64,000 nt of DNA from Piromyces finnis finn. Taxonomy: Eukaryota > Fungi > Neocallimastigomycota. Position 1 is the stretch's first letter. The number at the start of each line of letters is the position of its first letter. Location: the NCBI GenBank assembly GCA_002104945.1, contig MCFH01000002.1, forward strand, positions 372,001-436,000, in the 5' to 3' direction. This document shows positions 18,812 through 31,029 of this stretch, piece after piece. A program made the position numbers and the translations under genes. The notes under the pieces are model-generated. The model had not been told where the DNA came from. It did not search any database and saw only the letters and a list, made by a program, of their open reading frames with translations.

Positions 18812-19699
18812 TTGAGTTTTTTTTTCAATATTTTTACTCTTTTGTGTTATAATAAAGTGGAAATTGTTTTATTGAAAGTAAAAAAAAAAAAAAATCTTTT
18901 TGATCGATTCTCTTTAATTTAATAATGACTATTAATCTTTAATAATAGATTAAATAAAATGCTTTTTCTTGTTAATAACTATGCAAATAAACAATTTTTA
19001 TTTTATAATAATATGAATTAAAAAAAAAAAAAAAGGAAAAAAAAAAAAGAGAGAAATACATATAAAATAGAAATAATAATTATATAATATTAGATATCCG
19101 TAATTGATTTGATACGAAAAATTGTTTATTTTTTATTCTTCTATTAAAAAACTAATTCTATTTTTTAGAGTTTAAAATTGTTTTTTTAAAATTTTATTTT
19201 ATACTATAAGCGCAGTTTTTTATTTTTATTATTTATATATAATGAAACTTTGAAGTATAATAAATATTATAAAATTAAATATTGTAAAATATATATTTAT
19301 CAAAGTTCTATACTTTTATAGAAAAAAATCATTATTTACAATAATAATAATGTTTAACATATATATATATAAATTATTTATTACTTAATATTGTATTATA
19401 ATAAATAAATATATAATAAAAAAAAGAAAAGAGAAAACTATTAATCATATAATCATTGATAACAAACATTTTAACAAATTGTTGATTTTTAAATATGTAA
19501 CCTTTCAATAAATTAAATTATTAATATTTAATTTAATAATTTTTAGAAACTTTATTATTTAATGGATAATACATATTTTACAAGAGAAATGTTTATTTTT
19601 TAAAAAATTATAATAAACTTTAATTATTAATTTTTAAAGAAAAAAAAAACATTGTATTTTACAATATTTGTCATTGTTATCGTTTAACAAATTATATTA

Positions 19700-19923
19700 T
19701 AAAAATATTATTATTAACTATTTTAAATATTAATTAGTAGTAATTGTAGTTGTAATTTCATTCTTATTTTAATAAAAAAAAAAAAAGAAAAAGAAAATCC
19801 ATTATTTTAATAAAAATATTATTATTAACTATTTTAAATATTAATTAGTAGTAATTGTAGTTGTAATTTCATTCTTATTTTAATAAAAAAAAAAAAAGAA
19901 AAAGAAAATCCATTATTTTAATA
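19700..19923. repeat. Perfect tandem duplication, 111-bp unit x2
   Basis: AAAAATATTATTATTAACTATTTTAAATATTAATTAGTAGTAATTGTAGTTGTAATTTCATTC...GAAAATCCATTATTTTAATA recurs at 19701 and 19812 (ATCC at 19797 and 19908). Confidence 0.93.
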
Positions 19924-21224
19924 ATCTTTTTTTTTTTTTTGTAAAACTTTTAAAAATACACATAATATTATATTATTCTAAATATTAGCAAATGAAGAAA
20001 AAAAAATTCGTAAAAGCTTTTTATATTAAAACTTTTCTAAACTTTATTATAGATGTTGTCATTTTTAATTCTTATTTTATTTATTTTTATAAAAAGAAAA
20101 AGAAAAAGATTATTAAAATAATGTATTTTCTTTTTTACAATATTGTTATATTTAATGAAATTATGTTTAAATAATATTTTTTTTTAATAAATAAATAGAT
20201 AAAATCATTACTTGATTTCTTTATAATTAAGTATCACTTTTTTGTGTTATGAATTCATAATTATAACATGTAATTTAAATGATTTATAGTTTTATAATCT
20301 AGTTTTATCCTTTATGAATAATACATTTTTAAATCTATATTTTATTTCCTTTTATGAATATATATTTAATATGTATTTTAACCGTCCTTTGCTTTATATA
20401 GCTATAATTTTCTAAACATAATAAATACAAGTATAATTAGGGTTTCCAAAATAATAAACCAAGCAAAAGATCTATTCATATAAAAATTAAAAATATAAAA
20501 AGAATAGTATAATAATAATAAAAATTAACACATAAAAGGTTAAAATAAATGTTTAAACTAATTCATATTTTTCATAATTAATATAATTTAAAATAAAAAT
20601 TTCAACAATTTAAATATTGTATTCTCAGTAAAAAATTGTAGTTTTATGAAATAACATATTTTTTTGCTTTTGTTAATGATATTTCTAAGAAATATCATCA
20701 TTAATGCTATTATCTTCAAATTATCATTAAAAAGATAAGAGGTATATTGTTCTCATTATTTACATTAAATAAGTTTTATAATATTTTATTAGATGAGTTT
20801 TTCTTTGTTTTTTACTGATAATATTTTTTATTTAAGAATTCTTATTTTATGAAGTGTTTTTTTATATAAAGGGAATATTAACAAAAAGTTTACAAATGAT
20901 ACTAAACCATGTTACATACAAAATAAATGATAATTAAATAATTATTTTTGTGGCGTCTTCATAATAGAATTTTTTTTTCACTTCTTTCCTTCTTCACCCA
21001 TTAATTTTTTTTTATAAAAAAAATTCTTATTTGTTACTATTAATATCCTTTTTTTTTTTGTATTTTCTTTTTTCATTTTATTTAATCATCCTTTTTCTTT
21101 TTTTCAAGTATTATTATATATTATATAAGAAGATGTCCGACTATTTTTAAAAAAGGTCATTATCATCAATGCCTCTGTCTAATACAATAAATTATTAATT
21201 TATCCAATAATTAATTAAAACAAA

Positions 21225-21455
21225 CAAATGAATAAATAAATAAATAAATAAATGAATAAATAAATAAATAAATATATGAATAAATAAATAAATAAATAAA
21301 TGAATAAATAAATAAATAAATAAATATATGAATGAATAAATAAATAAATATATGAATAAATAAATAAATAAATAAATAAATATATGAATGAATAAATAAA
21401 TAAATATATGAATGAATAAATAAATAAATATATGAATGAATAAATAAACAAACAT
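21225..21455. repeat. Compound (ATAA)n / ATAAATATATGAATGA microsatellite
   Basis: Seen directly; produces the three overlapping YLFI/FIHS pseudo-ORFs. Confidence 0.95.
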
Positions 21456-23433
21456 ATAAATATAATGTTTTATTATTATAATCACAAGCCACAATTCAAG
21501 TATAGAAAATAGAAAGATCTAATGGATAATTTGTTATTTCTTGGTAAAAACTATTAATAAAAATGATTCTATTCCTTTCTATTAAAATAATCACATGTGA
21601 TATCAAGCCACCAAATTCAGCCATGTTTTATTGAGTGAATGGATAATTAGAAATATCCATAAATTTTTGTTGGTTGGTAGACATTAAATTCATGACTTTT
21701 TTCTGTACTAAAATACATGTTGTATACATTTAATATATAGTGTATACATTAAATTCATAATTAAAAAAAAACCCGCATCCATTAACCATCCACTGCATAA
21801 ATATGTGCTAATTTATCCTATTGAATCATTTTATGATAAAACTAAACATATGATAATTAATTGAACCTAAAAAAAAAAGACATTTGACGTTTTATGAACA
21901 ATTAAAACACAAAAAAAAATTAAATTAATAGTAAAAAGCTAAAACATAAACAATTAAAGAATGTTGTGGTATATGGGTAATAGTTCTTTTTCTATGCTTT
22001 ATTTGACTATTTAATTCCAAAAAAAAAGCCCAACTTTTACCTAAAAATATAGGGCAGTTTTTATTTATATTGCCTACATCAAACCTCAAAAAAAAAAAAA
22101 AAAAAGAAATATAAATTTCATATTAAACTCTAATTATTATATATTAATGTATAATAATTTATATTAATTCAACATATATTATTTAAAATTTCTTAACCTT
22201 TCTCTTATTTATTTATTTATTCATTTATATTTTTATATATGATTTATTTATTTATTTATCTTTTCATTTATTTAATTTATGTTAAAGTTTTCATCATTTT
22301 TAGTTTAATATAATTTGGTGTTATTTTATTGGTCACCCCCAATGCATCTTGATTACAAAATATTACTTCTTTAGTATTGGCAATATAATCCAATATAATT
22401 AAATTATAATAAAACAATTTATTTTAATATATTATCTAACACATATAAAATATTTTCCTAAAAGGGTAGTAGTGATGTATTATTAATAATAAATAATAAT
22501 ATATCTTGTATACTCTATGAATTTAATGATTTATTATACTACACAATTTATACTAGAATCGAATTAGCAATATATTTACAATATATTAAATTATATTAAT
22601 ACATTCTTTTTTTTTTATTTTAAATTTTTTTATATATATTAATAAAAATAGTATAAACTTTTTTTCAAGCATGAATGATGAAATTTTTATTTTTTTTTAC
22701 TTAAATTAATATATAAAAAAGCATAAATTTTTATTTATTTAATTAATATTTTAATAAAAATAAAAAATAAATTTTTTTGTAATATTTATTATTTTCCTTT
22801 TTTTTTTTTTCTTTTATTTTCTTTTTTCTTTAAAAAAAAAAAATTATATATTTAAAGAAGTATTTTTTTAAATAAATTAAAATAAAAAACTTTTCAATCT
22901 ATTATTAATAGAAAAAAAAAAACAAGGAAAGAAAGAAAAATAAATAATAAAAAAGAAAGAAACAAATAAACAAATAAAAACAATTAAATAATATAATATA
23001 TAAACAAACCAATTGAGTATATAAATTATAATAGAAAGAATTTTAGTTTTCATAGCCAATCTAAATAGAAACAATCAAAAAAGAAATTAAAAAGAATTTA
23101 ATTTTTTTTTTAAATAAACTGAATATTTAGATTAATCAATAAACAATATAATATATATAGTAAGATTTATTATTTTTTTACATAAAAGTTAACAGTAAGG
23201 TAAATTCAATTTCAAATTCAATTCATCTTTTATATTTTAAACATAAATAAAAATTGGAAATAAATAGTTTTATTCAGTATATTTGATATTTTCAAATAAA
23301 AATAATAATAAAAAAATAAAAAGCAAAAGAAGTTGTAAGAAAAAAAATTTGGCCACTTTAAAATTAATAAAAAAAATTTAAATTTATTTTCATCTATTTG
23401 TAATAAACAGATTAAATTAAAATAAATAAAAAA

Positions 23434-26400
23434 ATGTCCTTTTTTGAACCAATAATACCGAGATTACCAAATTTAGCATCTAACATTGCTCCACAATTAC
23501 TCCCAACTATATATAGTGGTTCTACTCACTCTATAAAGCCAAATCAATTATATCAAAATGATTATGATCATTCAAATTTAGCTAGACAAAATCAAGTTCC
23601 AAATAATGTTCCAATAAACAATGCACCAATAAATAATCAAACTATAAATAATCCAAATTTTTTAGCTGCAAATGTAGCAAATAATGGTAACGATAATAAA
23701 CAAGAACCATCTCAAAATAACCATTATTATACACCAGGAAAACCTACTAATGGAATAAATTACTTTTCTTCAATACCTGAAAATACAAAACTTTTAAATC
23801 AAGTTTTACCATTTACATTAAATAATGAAGGAGGAAATAGTAATGGTTCAAATTTTGGTTATTATTCACCATTGTTAGATTATCAAAATCAAAATATACA
23901 TATGCCAATAAATAATACTAATGTACCGTTCTATTCTCCACTTCCAGATTATATAAGTCAAAAAACTTCAAACTCTAATGTATCATTTTCTTCTCCAAGT
24001 AATGCTCCAAAGGTTTCCCATCCATTATCCCACCAACAATTACCTACTACACCATTAAATCCACAAAAAAATACTGTGTTGGGTTCAATCGATTCTATTT
24101 TAAAACGTGAATCTCAACATACCAGTATACCATATAGAAATAATTTTGATTATTTAGCACCATCTTTATTTGATAATAATTATTCTAAAAATGGAAATAA
24201 TACTAATACAAATATCTCACAGACATTAATATCATCAACTGTGGGAGATGTCATAGAAGATATTGTCAAGGCTAGAGCTCAAAATAATAAACCATTCCCA
24301 AGTGCTATTGGATCAGAAATTAAACAAAAGAAAATGTCAAAAGCTACATCCTTAGACTCAAAGATAAAAGAAGATATTGACAAAAATAAAACATATTTTG
24401 ATGATTTTAATTCACTTATTAATAAAAAAAGTAAGAATGAAAAACCAATACAACAAAATATGATTGCATCTGCTTTTTCAAAATCAATGTTAGATTCTAA
24501 AAATATTACAGATTACATTAGTTATAATGCTATTAATGATAACGGCGCTTTACATCAAAATAGTTACAATTCAAATTTCCTTGCAGCCAACCTTTTAGAT
24601 AATTTCATTGAAATAAAAGAGGTTAATGGAATGTCTGAAATGAAGGAAAATGAAGTATTAAATTCAACCGGTATGAGAAAATTGACAAAGAATGCCAAGG
24701 TCAAGAAAGGAAAGAATGACAAAAAATTAGCAATGAAAGGAAAAAAGAAGAACTATTTCAATAAAACGTTGGAATCAAAGAAAATCAATGAACCTATTGA
24801 GTCAAATCAAGACATGTTCTTCCAATCAAAAGTAGGAAAGGAAAATGCTAGTCCAAAAAATAAGATAATAAACAAAACTAGAAGTAATAATATAAAGACC
24901 GGTATTACTTCACCACATTTAACTTCAAAGTCCAATGTTAAAAATGTATTGACTAATGTATCCCAAGTTCAATTAAATATGAGAAAAGCATTAACAGACA
25001 GAAATGATAAATTAGCTTGGCAGTACTACAAGGAAATTGTTGAAAGTGGTAATTACAAATGTTTAACCCGCACTGACTTTTCTAGAATATTACGTATTTT
25101 AAGAAATGAAAGAGGACCAGTAAAATCACCAAATAATTTAAATGAAATGGTTCAAATAATTGAATACATAAAGGAAGTTGGTTACCAACCAAATCATGGA
25201 GATTTCACCACTATGATTGCCGCTTTTGGTAGATCACATCAATTAGTTAAGGCCTTAACTTATTTTGAAGAAATGAAACAAGCCAACTTAGAACCAGACA
25301 TTTTCACTTATAACACCTTGATTGATGTTTATGGTAAGAATAAGGAATTAAGTTCAGCTGTAAAGATATTTAATGAAATGAAAGAAAAGAAATTAAAACC
25401 AACATTAGCTACTTATAACATTCTCATTTCTGCTCATGGTTTAAATGAGGATCCAAAGGGAGCTAAGCACTGGTTTGATCAAGTCATAAACGATTCTACT
25501 CTTTCAGCTAATGAAATTACTTATAGTAATATTATGGATGCTTATGCAAGAGTCGGAGATGTTGATAATACCATTAAATATCTTAATGAAATGCTTACCA
25601 AAAAGATTACACCAAGTCTTGGACATTATAACTCACTTGTATTAGTATACACAAAGGTAGGAAATATTGAAAAGGCTACTGAAATGTTAAAGGAAATGAA
25701 AAGCAAAGGTATGGAACCATCACCACATATTTATTCATTATTAATGAATGCTTATGGTGAAAATGATGATATCACTGGTGCTTTTGATATCCTTAACAAC
25801 CACCACAAGAAACCAGGACGTAGTATGTATCATACTATGATTCAACTCTATGGTAAGAGAGGTAATTTAATTGAATCATGGAAGACATTAAGTCAAATGA
25901 TTCAACAATATATTACACCAACTCCATTAACCTGGAGAATTTTAGCATCTTGCCATGGAGATAATCCATGTATTAACTATTGGGCCAAACAAGTAAACAT
26001 TACACCAACAGCTGCTATGTATAATCACTTTTTAGAATATTATTCAAAACAACCAAATATTAAGGCTGTTGATATGTTATTCCAAGAAATGATTGCTCAA
26101 AACTTTACACCTACCATCGAAACTTACAATTCTATTTTACATGCTCACTCTATTCTTGGTGATTCTGAATCTGTTTTTAAAATCTATTCAGAACTTGAAA
26201 AAGCTAAGCTTGAGCCAAACTTGTATACCTATAATATTATATTAAAGGTATATGCCAAGATTGGTGACAGTGAAAGCGCCATGAAATTATTTGAAAATGA
26301 AATTATTCCAAAGGAAAAGTACGGTGTTATTCCTGATGCTTTTACTTACAACGCTTTACTTGAATCATTTAAAGAAAACTTTGACAATAGTGCTTTTAAG

Positions 26401-26496
26401 TATTTGGATGACATGAAGGCTAAAGGTTTAGCTCCAGTACCACATCGTGATACAGCAATTATGAAAGCTATTCATGCATCCAATAACTTAAATTAA
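23434..26496 (+). CDS. Intronless P-type pentatricopeptide-repeat (PPR) protein, 1020 aa; low-complexity N/P/S/Q-rich N-half, about 12 PPR motifs in the C-half
   Basis: 35-aa repeats such as IFTYNTLIDVYGKNKELSSAVKIFNEMKEKKLKPT, LGHYNSLVLVYTKVGNIEKATEMLKEMKSKGMEPS, IETYNSILHAHSILGDSESVFKIYSELEKAKLEPN. Confidence 0.93.
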   Translation: MSFFEPIIPRLPNLASNIAPQLLPTIYSGSTHSIKPNQLYQNDYDHSNLARQNQVPNNVPINNAPINNQTINNPNFLAANVANNGNDNKQEPSQNNHYYTPGKPTNGINYFSSIPENTKLLNQVLPFTLNNEGGNSNGSNFGYYSPLLDYQNQNIHMPINNTNVPFYSPLPDYISQKTSNSNVSFSSPSNAPKVSHPLSHQQLPTTPLNPQKNTVLGSIDSILKRESQHTSIPYRNNFDYLAPSLFDNNYSKNGNNTNTNISQTLISSTVGDVIEDIVKARAQNNKPFPSAIGSEIKQKKMSKATSLDSKIKEDIDKNKTYFDDFNSLINKKSKNEKPIQQNMIASAFSKSMLDSKNITDYISYNAINDNGALHQNSYNSNFLAANLLDNFIEIKEVNGMSEMKENEVLNSTGMRKLTKNAKVKKGKNDKKLAMKGKKKNYFNKTLESKKINEPIESNQDMFFQSKVGKENASPKNKIINKTRSNNIKTGITSPHLTSKSNVKNVLTNVSQVQLNMRKALTDRNDKLAWQYYKEIVESGNYKCLTRTDFSRILRILRNERGPVKSPNNLNEMVQIIEYIKEVGYQPNHGDFTTMIAAFGRSHQLVKALTYFEEMKQANLEPDIFTYNTLIDVYGKNKELSSAVKIFNEMKEKKLKPTLATYNILISAHGLNEDPKGAKHWFDQVINDSTLSANEITYSNIMDAYARVGDVDNTIKYLNEMLTKKITPSLGHYNSLVLVYTKVGNIEKATEMLKEMKSKGMEPSPHIYSLLMNAYGENDDITGAFDILNNHHKKPGRSMYHTMIQLYGKRGNLIESWKTLSQMIQQYITPTPLTWRILASCHGDNPCINYWAKQVNITPTAAMYNHFLEYYSKQPNIKAVDMLFQEMIAQNFTPTIETYNSILHAHSILGDSESVFKIYSELEKAKLEPNLYTYNIILKVYAKIGDSESAMKLFENEIIPKEKYGVIPDAFTYNALLESFKENFDNSAFKYLDDMKAKGLAPVPHRDTAIMKAIHASNNLN

Positions 26497-27484
26497 TATT
26501 ACATATCTATATCAATAATTAAACAATACTACACATAGAATATATATTAAATATATATTCTATATTTTCTTTTCTTTCTACAACAAAAATTTGTTTTAAA
26601 TCAATACTTCAATAGTTTATAATAATATCAATTTATTTTTATTTTAATTTAAGTTTTTTATAAAAATCTATATAGTTTTTTATTATCTTTTTTTTTTTTT
26701 TTTTTTTTTACTTTTGAAATTTGAAAAGTTTTTTTTTTTCTTAAAAAAAAAATTGAATGATTTGTCGTTGATAATTACGATAGATATTTAATTGAAAAAA
26801 AAAAAAAAGTATAATTTTATAAGATGATATAGATTTATTTATATTATAATACAATATATATTTATCCATTTTAAAATTAGTATAGTTTAAAGAAAAAAAA
26901 AAAAAAAGTCAATAGAAAAAAATTAATATAAAAGAATGACTATTTCCAAGTATTAATTTTTGAATTTTTTTTTTTTTTTTCTATCCATATTATATTGTTT
27001 TATATATTCAAAGGTAAAAAAAAAAAATTAACAAATGAAAAAATTTAATGTTTTTATGCAAGTTTTATTTTTGCAATTCATTTTATTTTTACGCATTTTC
27101 ATTCAAATGAATATATTATTTTTTTAAGTCAACTTTCTATGCAAAATAAAAAAAAAATTATATTTTATATACCCACAAAATAAAATAAAATAAAAAATTA
27201 ATAAAAGAAAACCTGATAAAAGAGAATCAATAAAAATAAAAAATAAATTAAAAAAAGATGAAATAAATAAAAAAAAGTTTTAATAAAACAAATAAAAAAA
27301 ACAACAAAAAAAATAGAGTGTGTGTAAAATGAAATTTTTAAAAATGAATATCTTTTTTTTTTTTTTATATATATTATAAAAAAAAATTCAATGTTTTTTT
27401 TTTTTTTTTTTTTTTCTATAATAAACATGGTTGATAATAGTGAAGATAATAATTCTAATTTAGATAGTAATTTGTGAATATTAA

Positions 27485-27853
27485 TGTGTATGATTATTCT
27501 AGTGTGTGCAGTAAAATATTTAAATTCCTTCTTGGGGGAAAAGGATTTAACACTATCAATTACAACTCAAGGGAATGGAAAGAACTTTGCAAGTGTCAGA
27601 TTCAATCGGGCATTTATGAAAGGAACACCATTCTTGACGGTAACCGCGGAACTTCTAACCAAAATCATGCCTTTTGTTATTGGCCAGTAATAGTCCATGT
27701 TTAAAAGGTTTGAAGCAACAACCAAGAGCGTCAATGCTGAAGAAACAGTAAGACAGGCCAGGAGGGCCAGCGCAACCAATGGAGATCATAATTTTATTCC
27801 ATAATAAAATTTTGATCTTTGACTCGGTGTCCCATTGGAAGTCAAATACAATT
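27485..27853 (+). ncRNA. Candidate structured non-coding RNA, family not assigned
   Basis: GC-enriched island in A/T-only flanks, no convincing ORF; at least five hairpins (27560-27643, 27669-27709, 27735-27750, 27784-27817, 27818-27846), several relying on G.U pairs that only work on the + strand; ACA at 27848-27850 right after the last hairpin. Confidence 0.5.
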
Positions 27854-30800
27854 ATTCTACTTTAGTATAATAGTGGCTTTATTACTTTAATTACTAGAAT
27901 ATATTATACCCAATTTTTATTCATTTGTATTTATTTAAACATATTTTTTTTTTTTTATTTTTAATTTTATTTTTAATTTTATTTTTATATGACATGTATC
28001 AATCGAAAAGTGTAAATCTAAAAAGCCAAGAAAATATATATAGATATATAGATATAGTTTTTAAATTGTTTTTTTCTTACTTCCATTCCAGAGAATAAGG
28101 GATGAAAAAAAATTTTTTTTTTAACGGCATCAAATATTTTATACAAAATGAACTGTAGTATGTTTAAAAAAAAAATATATGTTTGTTAATTCCATTCTAT
28201 ATAGGGAGGAATTGCGTAAGGCTATTTGACTCCAACATTCAATAAAAAAAAAATAAATAAATAAATAATACTAAACTTATATAATAATTATTAAATTATT
28301 TATATTTATTTTTTGTTTTTTATTTTTATTTATTTTATTTATTTAAATTATATATAATGACTATATTTTTTTTATTATTATTTCTTTTTTTCATGGTTTA
28401 TCCTATGGAAAGGAAAAGGAAAAGGAAAAAAAAAAAAAAAAAAAAAGAAACTCAAAAAAATATTATTATAAAAATAATTGAATGATCTATACCACGATAT
28501 TGATGGTATAGTATTACTATTTATAAAAGAATAAAAGGGCTATTTTTTTTTTTTAAAAAAAAAGGTAGAATTAGATAAAAAAAAAAAAAAAGAATAAATA
28601 AATAGATAGATGTTAAAAAAAAGAAAAGAAAAAAATAATAAATATATAATATATATTGAATCTTTTAATAGTGATATTAATAAATAAATATATAAATATA
28701 TAATAAATAAGATATTAAAAAAATAATAATTTGATATATATAATAAGAATATTAACAAGAGTTAAAATAATGTTTATGGGAGAATTTTTTTTTTTATATT
28801 CTAAAATCCTATATGAAATTTTATAGCTCTAAGGCCATTATTAAACTATTAGTAATAATAATAAATAAATAAAAGGTAAAAAAAAAAAAAAAAAAAAAAA
28901 AACACATTTTAAATAAAAAGATAGATAGATAAGAAAAAAAAAAAAGGGAAATTACTTTTTAAAATAAATTTTATTAAAAATAAATAAAACATGATTAAAA
29001 AGTTTTTTTTTTGTTTTGTTTTGTTATTTACTTGATTTTTTTTTTTTTTTTTTTTTACTTTTTTATAAAAAAATTATTTTTTTTATTATTTTAAAAAAAC
29101 AAAAGAATTTTCTAATGCTTTTTTTTTTTTTTCTCCAAAATTGAAAAAAAACATTTTTACTAAATTTGTTCATAATTCTTTTTTGTATGTGTTTTTTTTT
29201 TTTTTATAATCAATTTTGGAAGGATGTTTCTTTTTGTGGTTGTTGCTAATTTTTATTTCCTTTGATATGTTTGTTTATGTAGTATTTCAATGAATCATTT
29301 ATTTTTTCTTGATTTTTTTTTTTTTTAAAAAATGAATGAATAAAATAAATAGAGAGAGATAGATAATAAATAGGTTATTATTATTATTATTAAATAATAG
29401 AAAAAAAAGTTCAATACTACTTTATATATTTCTATATTATTATATATATATAATTTTTTTTTCCAAAATTAAAAATAAATAATTATTTGATGATTATTTT
29501 CTAATAATTCTTTTTTATTTTTTATTTTTTTTTCATTATATATATATAAAGGATAGATGGTAATTAGAATTGAATAATAATTCTAATGGTATTATATGTA
29601 TAGGATATTATAAAATAAATAAAATAAAAGGAAGAATAAATTAAAAGTACTTTTATGAAATACTTTTAATACTATCAAAAATTAATGATTAATAAATTAA
29701 TTAAAAAAAAAAAAAAAAAGAAAATATATATCCCTTTTAAACCATAAACATAATATGATTATAAAGATTTTTTTTATTTATATACTTTTATATGTATATA
29801 TATATATATATTTTTCTCTACCAAAATTAACCAAAAATTCATTATAAAAATAGGTTCAATAAAGATTATTTAATGGGTAAAAAGAAAAAAAAAATTAGAG
29901 TAGATAGATTAATAAATATATTTAAATAAATATACTTTTTTTTTTCTTTCCATTTTTATATATAAAAGGAGATGAAGTAAGGGAAAAAAAAAAAAAGGTA
30001 TTTTATTTTTGGTATTGATTTTTATAAAGATTTTTATGTGTGTATTTGTGTGTGGTTTTATGCAAAAATAATTAAATTTTATTTTATTTATAAATTTACT
30101 AAAAAAAAAAAAATTTTTTTTTTCATTATCACTCTATAATAAAATGTTTATAAATATAAATCATGGTTAGATGGCTTTTTTTTTTTTTTTTTTTGGTTGC
30201 TTGGTTGGTTGCTTTTTTTTTCATTTTTAAATGTTTTTTCTTTTTTGTGTATTGTATGTTTATTTAATAATAATAATTTTTTTTTCTTTTTTTTTTTAAA
30301 AAGAAAAGATTTGAAAAAAAAAAGAGGGTAAATCTTTCTTTATAATAAAGAAAGAAAGAAAAAATAATGATTTTTGTAAATAAAAAAAAAAAAATAAAAA
30401 AGGAATTGAAGATTATAAAAAAAAAAAAAGAAAAGAAAAAAAATAATAAATAAATAAATAATTACAAAAAAAAAGTTTTTTTTTCTTTCTTTTTTTTTTT
30501 TTAATTTTTCTATTTTTTTTTTTTTTTTTTACGATTGGCATTTTTTCTTTTCCTCTTCCTTTTTTTTTTTTTTTGGTTTTAAAAATTGGTTTAAATAAAA
30601 TTATACTAATTAAATATAAATATAAAAGATGGGGGAAGAATTTATTTTTTTTTTTTTTTTTTTGGTTTTTTTTTGGTTTTTTTTTTTTTACAAATATATT
30701 GTTTGATATAAAAAAATTTTTTTTTTTTCTTTTTTCATTATTAACTACCTGTTTTTTTTAATACCCTTTTAAAAAAAAAAAAACTAGGCTGTTGGCACAT

Positions 30801-31029
30801 AGTTTCTTTTTTTTTCTTCTTATTTTCCTTTCACATTTTTCCAAAAAAAAAAAAACTTTTTTTTTTTTCTCTTTTCCTTATAAAATTATATATAATTTTA
30901 TATAAATAATAAATAAATGATAAATAAAATTAAAAGATGGTATGGCTTTTTTTTTTAATAAATAAAAAAAAAAAATACATTTTCTTAAATCAGAAAATGA
31001 AAAAGATTAAAGGAATTCCTATTTTTCTT

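Noticed and set aside
20437-20446. TTAGGGTTT telomere/telo-box-like word
   Set aside because: Single copy with no array; not distinguishable from chance.
21195-21494. Three overlapping YLFI-repeat ORFs
   Set aside because: Translations of the ATAA microsatellite.
27640-27790. Assignment of the island to RNase MRP/P, telomerase, SRP, U5, snR30/U17, TPP riboswitch or a hammerhead/HDV ribozyme
   Set aside because: Only partial motifs: CR-V-like without CR-I, CTAACC without a 1.5-repeat template, GCCTTTTG instead of GCCTTTTAC, CTGAAGA without stem II/GAAA, GCCAGCG without ACCTGAT.
27427-27813. Short ORFs 27474-27704, 27484-27690, 27567-27779 and a possible antizyme-like frameshift (MVDNSEDN...TTG TGA)
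   Set aside because: No recognisable protein motif; the +1 frame hits TAA within two codons, so it is not antizyme; ORFs in several frames are expected in a GC-richer island.
28487-28511. 8-bp hairpin CTATACCA/TGGTATAG as a Helitron end
   Set aside because: No CTRR terminus at the expected distance and no other Helitron features.
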